From Armatimonadota bacterium (GTDB lineage: Bacteria; Sysuimicrobiota; Sysuimicrobiia; Sysuimicrobiales; Humicultoraceae): DNA of 10,625 nucleotides. Both the position numbers and the translations under genes were made by a program. Below are positions 7,276 through 10,625 of this stretch, one piece after another. The notes beneath the pieces are model-generated. The model saw only the letters and a list, made by a program, of their open reading frames with translations. It did no database searches and was not told the origin of the DNA. Numbering within the stretch: position 1 is the stretch's first letter; each line of letters starts with the position of its first letter. The DNA lies in assembly GCA_052386995.1 (NCBI GenBank), contig JBQTJP010000301.1, positions 1 to 10,625 on the forward strand, read 5' to 3'.

Positions 7276-8475
7276 GTGGCATTCATCCCTGCTGAGGTGT
7301 TCGCGGATCGGCAGCGCCGGGTGCGCGAGTTCCTGACCACGCACGACTACCAGGCCCTGCTGATCTCTGACCCCGATCACTTTTACATGATGACGGGCTT
7401 CCATCTCGACGTTGCGCCCTGGGAGCGACCGATCGCCGCGGTGATTCCCGCCCGGGGCGAGCCGTTCTTGATCATGAACGAGCTCTCGACGCACCACCTG
7501 ATGATGGCGCGGGAGCGCGGCACGCTGAATGTCGCGAATTACGTCCTCTACGTCGAGCACCCACGGAGCACACATCGAACCTACACTCGGGACCGCTGGC
7601 TCGACCTGCTGGCCGCGAAGCTGCGCCAGTGGGGCGGGTTCACAAAAGGGAACCTGGTGGCCGACCGCGTGTCCGTGTTCCGCGGCCTGACAAAGCGTCT
7701 CCACGGCCTCGGCGAGATCGGCAACGCAACCCGGTTCCTCGTCGAGATGCGCCAGGTAAAGTACCGGCAAGAGATCGAGATCATGCGGCTTGGAGCGACG
7801 CTGACCGACTGGGGCCAGGACCGCTACATGGAACTTGTGCGCGCCGGCATGCTCGTGGTCGAGCTCGATCTGGAGGTGGCTAGACGGATGGCCGTCGAGG
7901 GCGCTGGGCGATTCCCGGGCGACCGCGTCGAAGTTCGGGTCGTCTCGCTATCGGGCCCGGCATCGGCGTCCCCGCACGGCACCGGCGCAGACGCCGGGAT
8001 GCGCCTGGAGAAAGGCGATGGGGTCGTCAACATCATCATCGTGCGGCTGAACGGGCTCGTGGTGGAGAACGAGCGCACCCTCTTCCTCGGCGCCCCGCGC
8101 AGCGACATTCAGCGCAGAGCGTACGCGGCGGCCACCGAGGCCAACCTCGCCGCGATCGAAAAGCTCGTGGCGGGCACCCCGGTGGCGGAGGTTGACGCGG
8201 CGGCGCAGCGCGTCATCGAGCAGCACGGCTTCGCAGACCACATCATGCACCGCACAGGCCACGGGATGGGCATTGCGGGACACGAGTTCCCCGAGGACAT
8301 GGCGTTCAACTATCGTCCGCTGGAAGAGAACGAAGTCTACTCCTGCGAGCCGGGCGTGTACATCTACGGGGTTGGCGGATTCAGACAGGACGACACCGTC
8401 GTGGTTGGAAAGACACGGCCCGAGGTCCTGACGACGCGCAGCAAGCGATTAGAGGATCAGATAGTTCAAGCCTAA
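7276..8475 (+). CDS. M24 (Xaa-Pro peptidase/creatinase) fold hydrolase
   Basis: Creatinase-type N-terminal domain, MRQVKYRQEI, SPHG, ENERTLF, HRTGHGMG, EPGVY..GVGGFRQDDTV. GGAGG SD at 7266-7270 before the GTG. Confidence 0.92.
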   Translation: MAFIPAEVFADRQRRVREFLTTHDYQALLISDPDHFYMMTGFHLDVAPWERPIAAVIPARGEPFLIMNELSTHHLMMARERGTLNVANYVLYVEHPRSTHRTYTRDRWLDLLAAKLRQWGGFTKGNLVADRVSVFRGLTKRLHGLGEIGNATRFLVEMRQVKYRQEIEIMRLGATLTDWGQDRYMELVRAGMLVVELDLEVARRMAVEGAGRFPGDRVEVRVVSLSGPASASPHGTGADAGMRLEKGDGVVNIIIVRLNGLVVENERTLFLGAPRSDIQRRAYAAATEANLAAIEKLVAGTPVAEVDAAAQRVIEQHGFADHIMHRTGHGMGIAGHEFPEDMAFNYRPLEENEVYSCEPGVYIYGVGGFRQDDTVVVGKTRPEVLTTRSKRLEDQIVQA

Positions 8476-8482
8476 GATCCCT

Positions 8483-9133
8483 CTATCTGGATCGCCCCTC
8501 GGTCCGGTACGCGAGCAACAGGCCATCGCGGATCGGAATGATCGTGGAGATCCAGCCCGGATCGGTTGTGATCAGGCGTGTAAACGCCCGGATGCCCTCC
8601 GTCGCCGGAGACCGGTCGCTGGGGTCGATGACCCGCCCGTGCCAGATCATGTTGTCCACGATGAGCACGCCGCCCGGCCGTAGCTTTGCGGCGATCACCG
8701 GCAGCGATTCCGGGTAGGCCTCCTTGTCGATGTCGTTGAAGATCAAGTCAAACGGCCCGTCGGCCTTGCGCAGCGCGGCTACCGCCTCGCTCACCGTGTA
8801 CTGCACGATCCCATCGAAGCCGAGCGCGCTGAGATGCTTTTGGGCCCGACGCGACAACTCCTCATCCCATACCACGTGAAAGACTGTGCCGCCGCCGTTC
8901 TCCTTGACCGCACGCGCGAACCAGGCCGTCGAATACCCATAGCCGGATCCCATCTCGAAGACGCGGCGCGCGCCGATCATTCGCGCGATGAGATAGCACA
9001 TGTAGCCGGCTGCCGGTCCCACGATCGGAAACCGGGCCTCCTTGGCGTAGGCCTCCATCGCCAGCATCTCGGAGGGACGAGGCGGCACCAACTTGTCCAG
9101 ATACTCGTGGATCTTGGGCGCATGCTCGATCAC
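8483..9133 (-). CDS. Class I SAM-dependent O-methyltransferase (COMT/caffeoyl-CoA OMT-like)
   Basis: FPIVGP, VFEMGSGYGYS, FDLIFNDIDKEAY, LRPGGVLIVDN and PIRDGL. GTG start lies 7 nt after the PIMT stop. Confidence 0.93.
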   Translation of the reverse strand: MIEHAPKIHEYLDKLVPPRPSEMLAMEAYAKEARFPIVGPAAGYMCYLIARMIGARRVFEMGSGYGYSTAWFARAVKENGGGTVFHVVWDEELSRRAQKHLSALGFDGIVQYTVSEAVAALRKADGPFDLIFNDIDKEAYPESLPVIAAKLRPGGVLIVDNMIWHGRVIDPSDRSPATEGIRAFTRLITTDPGWISTIIPIRDGLLLAYRTEGRSR

Positions 9134-9140
9134 TGGAATT

Positions 9141-10424
9141 TCACCCTCCCCCAGGCCAGTCGAGGATCACTCGTGACCAGCGTTTGTCTACCACCAGTTC
9201 GCCGTCAGAGGGACGATACCCGGCCTCCTTCGGATAGACCCTGATGCGGAGTTCCTTCGGGGCTGGACGGCCGGCTGCGTCCCAGGACTTGACGTGCTCG
9301 ATCACGCGCTCCGCGAGCGCCTCGTCCGGGCCGAAAGTTCTGAGAAACAACTCGAAGGGCCGCCCCCAGACATCGGCACCAGCCTCCGCCTCGGATGGCG
9401 CGTCCGGTGGACGCATGAACAGGCACAGGCCCTGATCGCCAAGCACACCGCTCGTGCCGGCCACCCTGACCGTGCCGGTCACTGACGAATATCGTTGATC
9501 AAAGAGAGCAGGAACCATGCCGCGCTCTGCCGCCTCTCCCTCGGCGTTCACGTTGCAATAGCCGGGCTCGCGGAACGCCAGCCAGTGACTCAACGACGCG
9601 AACACATTGCTCGCTTTGACGCGAATTCCAGTCGGCTGGTCCCGATGGGAAGCCGTGAGCCATTCAGCAACGGCGACGGTGTCAACGACGCTGGGGTCGA
9701 CGATCCCGATGGTGATCTCGCCGAGCCGAATCCGTCCCGACGCTCCGGCAAAGGCTCCGCGCAGCATCATGAAGCCGCACTCTTCGATTGACACGCTCTC
9801 CAGATGGCCGTCGGCGCGCTCAAACGCGACGCACATCTGCGGACCTTTGATCGACAGGGGCAGCAGCAAGCGTCCGCCGGAGCGCAACTGCTCGATCCAG
9901 CCCGGCGTGATATCCGAGGCTCCCACCGTCAGGATGATTCTGTCGTACGGCGCGTCATCCGGATAGCCAAGCCCTCCATCGCCGCAGACCACCCGCACCC
10001 GCTCGAACCCGGCCGCCGCGAGGTGCTCACGCGCCCCGGCAACCAGGTCCTCGTCGATGTCGATCGCGGTGACTTGGCCGGTTTCCCCGACGATGTGCGC
10101 CATGAGCGCAGCATTGTAGCCCGTCCCGGCCCCGATCTCCAGCACGCGATGCCCTGGGGCAAGCTCGAGTTGCTCGAGCATCAGGGCCATGATTGCCGGT
10201 TGTGAGGAGGAGCTGATGAATGCCCCGTCGGCCGATCGTTTGGTGGGTATGGCCTTGTCGCCATACACGTCGTCCAGCGGCACACCCGGCACGAAATGGT
10301 GGCGCGGGACAGCGCGAAACGCCGCCTCGACGGCCGCGCTTCGTATGCAGCCTCTGCGCTTCAGCTCGTCAACAAGCCGCTGAAGCATCGCGGGCGCGTC
10401 TTGCGCGTCCGGCCGGGTATCCAT
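9141..10424 (-). CDS. Protein-L-isoaspartate O-methyltransferase homologue with a C-terminal extension (FxlM/RiPP-associated PIMT type)
   Basis: AFRAVPRHHF, ISSSSQP, VLEIGAGTGYNAAL, GDGGLG...APYDRII and GGRLLLP, followed by a long C-terminal domain containing WDAAGRP. Start placed at ATG 10424 (427 aa) because the track start at 10532 overlaps the divergent cupin; the exact start is uncertain. Confidence 0.88.
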   Translation of the reverse strand: MDTRPDAQDAPAMLQRLVDELKRRGCIRSAAVEAAFRAVPRHHFVPGVPLDDVYGDKAIPTKRSADGAFISSSSQPAIMALMLEQLELAPGHRVLEIGAGTGYNAALMAHIVGETGQVTAIDIDEDLVAGAREHLAAAGFERVRVVCGDGGLGYPDDAPYDRIILTVGASDITPGWIEQLRSGGRLLLPLSIKGPQMCVAFERADGHLESVSIEECGFMMLRGAFAGASGRIRLGEITIGIVDPSVVDTVAVAEWLTASHRDQPTGIRVKASNVFASLSHWLAFREPGYCNVNAEGEAAERGMVPALFDQRYSSVTGTVRVAGTSGVLGDQGLCLFMRPPDAPSEAEAGADVWGRPFELFLRTFGPDEALAERVIEHVKSWDAAGRPAPKELRIRVYPKEAGYRPSDGELVVDKRWSRVILDWPGGG

Positions 10425-10472
10425 GCTCACTACGCAGGAACGCGCTGCGGCACCCAAGAAAATCCCGGTACG

Positions 10473-10479
10473 AAGGAGG
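10473..10479 (+). promoter_or_regulatory. Shine-Dalgarno for the cupin gene
   Basis: AAGGAGG 7 nt upstream of ATG 10487. Confidence 0.75.
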
Positions 10480-10486
10480 CTGGACC

Positions 10487-10625
10487 ATGGAAATCTTCCG
10501 CCCCGAGGACATCCCGGCCGATGAGCCCGCATCGATGCCCGGCGTGAAAATTCGGTGGGTCATCGACCAGAAGCGTGGTGCCGAAAACTTCGCGATGCGC
10601 ATCTTCGAAGTCGCCCCGGGCGCAC
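10487..10625 (+). CDS. Cupin domain protein (TM1459-like), 5' part; truncated by the window edge
   Basis: Not in the ORF track. Reads MEIFRPEDIPADEPASMPGVKIRWVIDQKRGAENFAMRIFEVAPGA. The GA.NF.MR.F.V.PG motif precedes the HxH metal motif in this cupin group. Strong SD. Confidence 0.85.
   Translation, partial: MEIFRPEDIPADEPASMPGVKIRWVIDQKRGAENFAMRIFEVAPGA

Noticed and set aside
6655..7770. 371-aa minus-strand ORF
   Set aside because: Antisense to the permease and M24 genes, with no recognisable domain.
10433..10449. CGCAG-N7-CTGCG inverted repeat between the PIMT and cupin genes
   Set aside because: 5-bp arms are expected by chance at this GC content.
10425..10532. N-terminal extension of the PIMT ORF given in the track
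   Set aside because: It overlaps the SD and start of the divergent cupin gene and shows no PIMT-like sequence.
1..10625. CRISPR arrays, tRNA/rRNA genes, IS elements, integrases, tandem repeats
   Set aside because: None seen; the window is almost entirely coding and the spacers are all under about 115 bp.

Overview
High-GC bacterial accessory region, densely coding, with no mobile element, CRISPR array or RNA gene that I can see. A short divergent spacer (3779-3891) separates two operons that look catabolic. The leftward (minus) operon encodes an M29/aminopeptidase-T-fold protein, a KynB-like cyclase-family hydrolase, a VOC (methylmalonyl-CoA-epimerase-like) protein, an unlisted 32-codon ORF carrying the nitrilase-superfamily C-terminal motif DRRPELY, an atypical BacG/YwfH-like SDR, and a xanthine-dehydrogenase-family Mo subunit that runs off the window. 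The rightward (plus) operon encodes a family-5 (Dpp/Opp/Nik) ABC binding protein, two permeases with no ATPase, and an M24-fold protein whose residues look creatinase-like rather than metallopeptidase-like. Converging on it are a class I O-methyltransferase and a long PIMT with a C-terminal WxxxGxP domain of the RiPP-associated type, with no precursor visible. A divergent cupin gene starts at the right edge. Four enzymes of the cluster deviate from their family's canonical catalytic residues, which suggests an uncharacterised pathway for an amide or N-heterocyclic substrate. All family assignments come from motif recognition by eye and recalled reference sequences; no database search was run.
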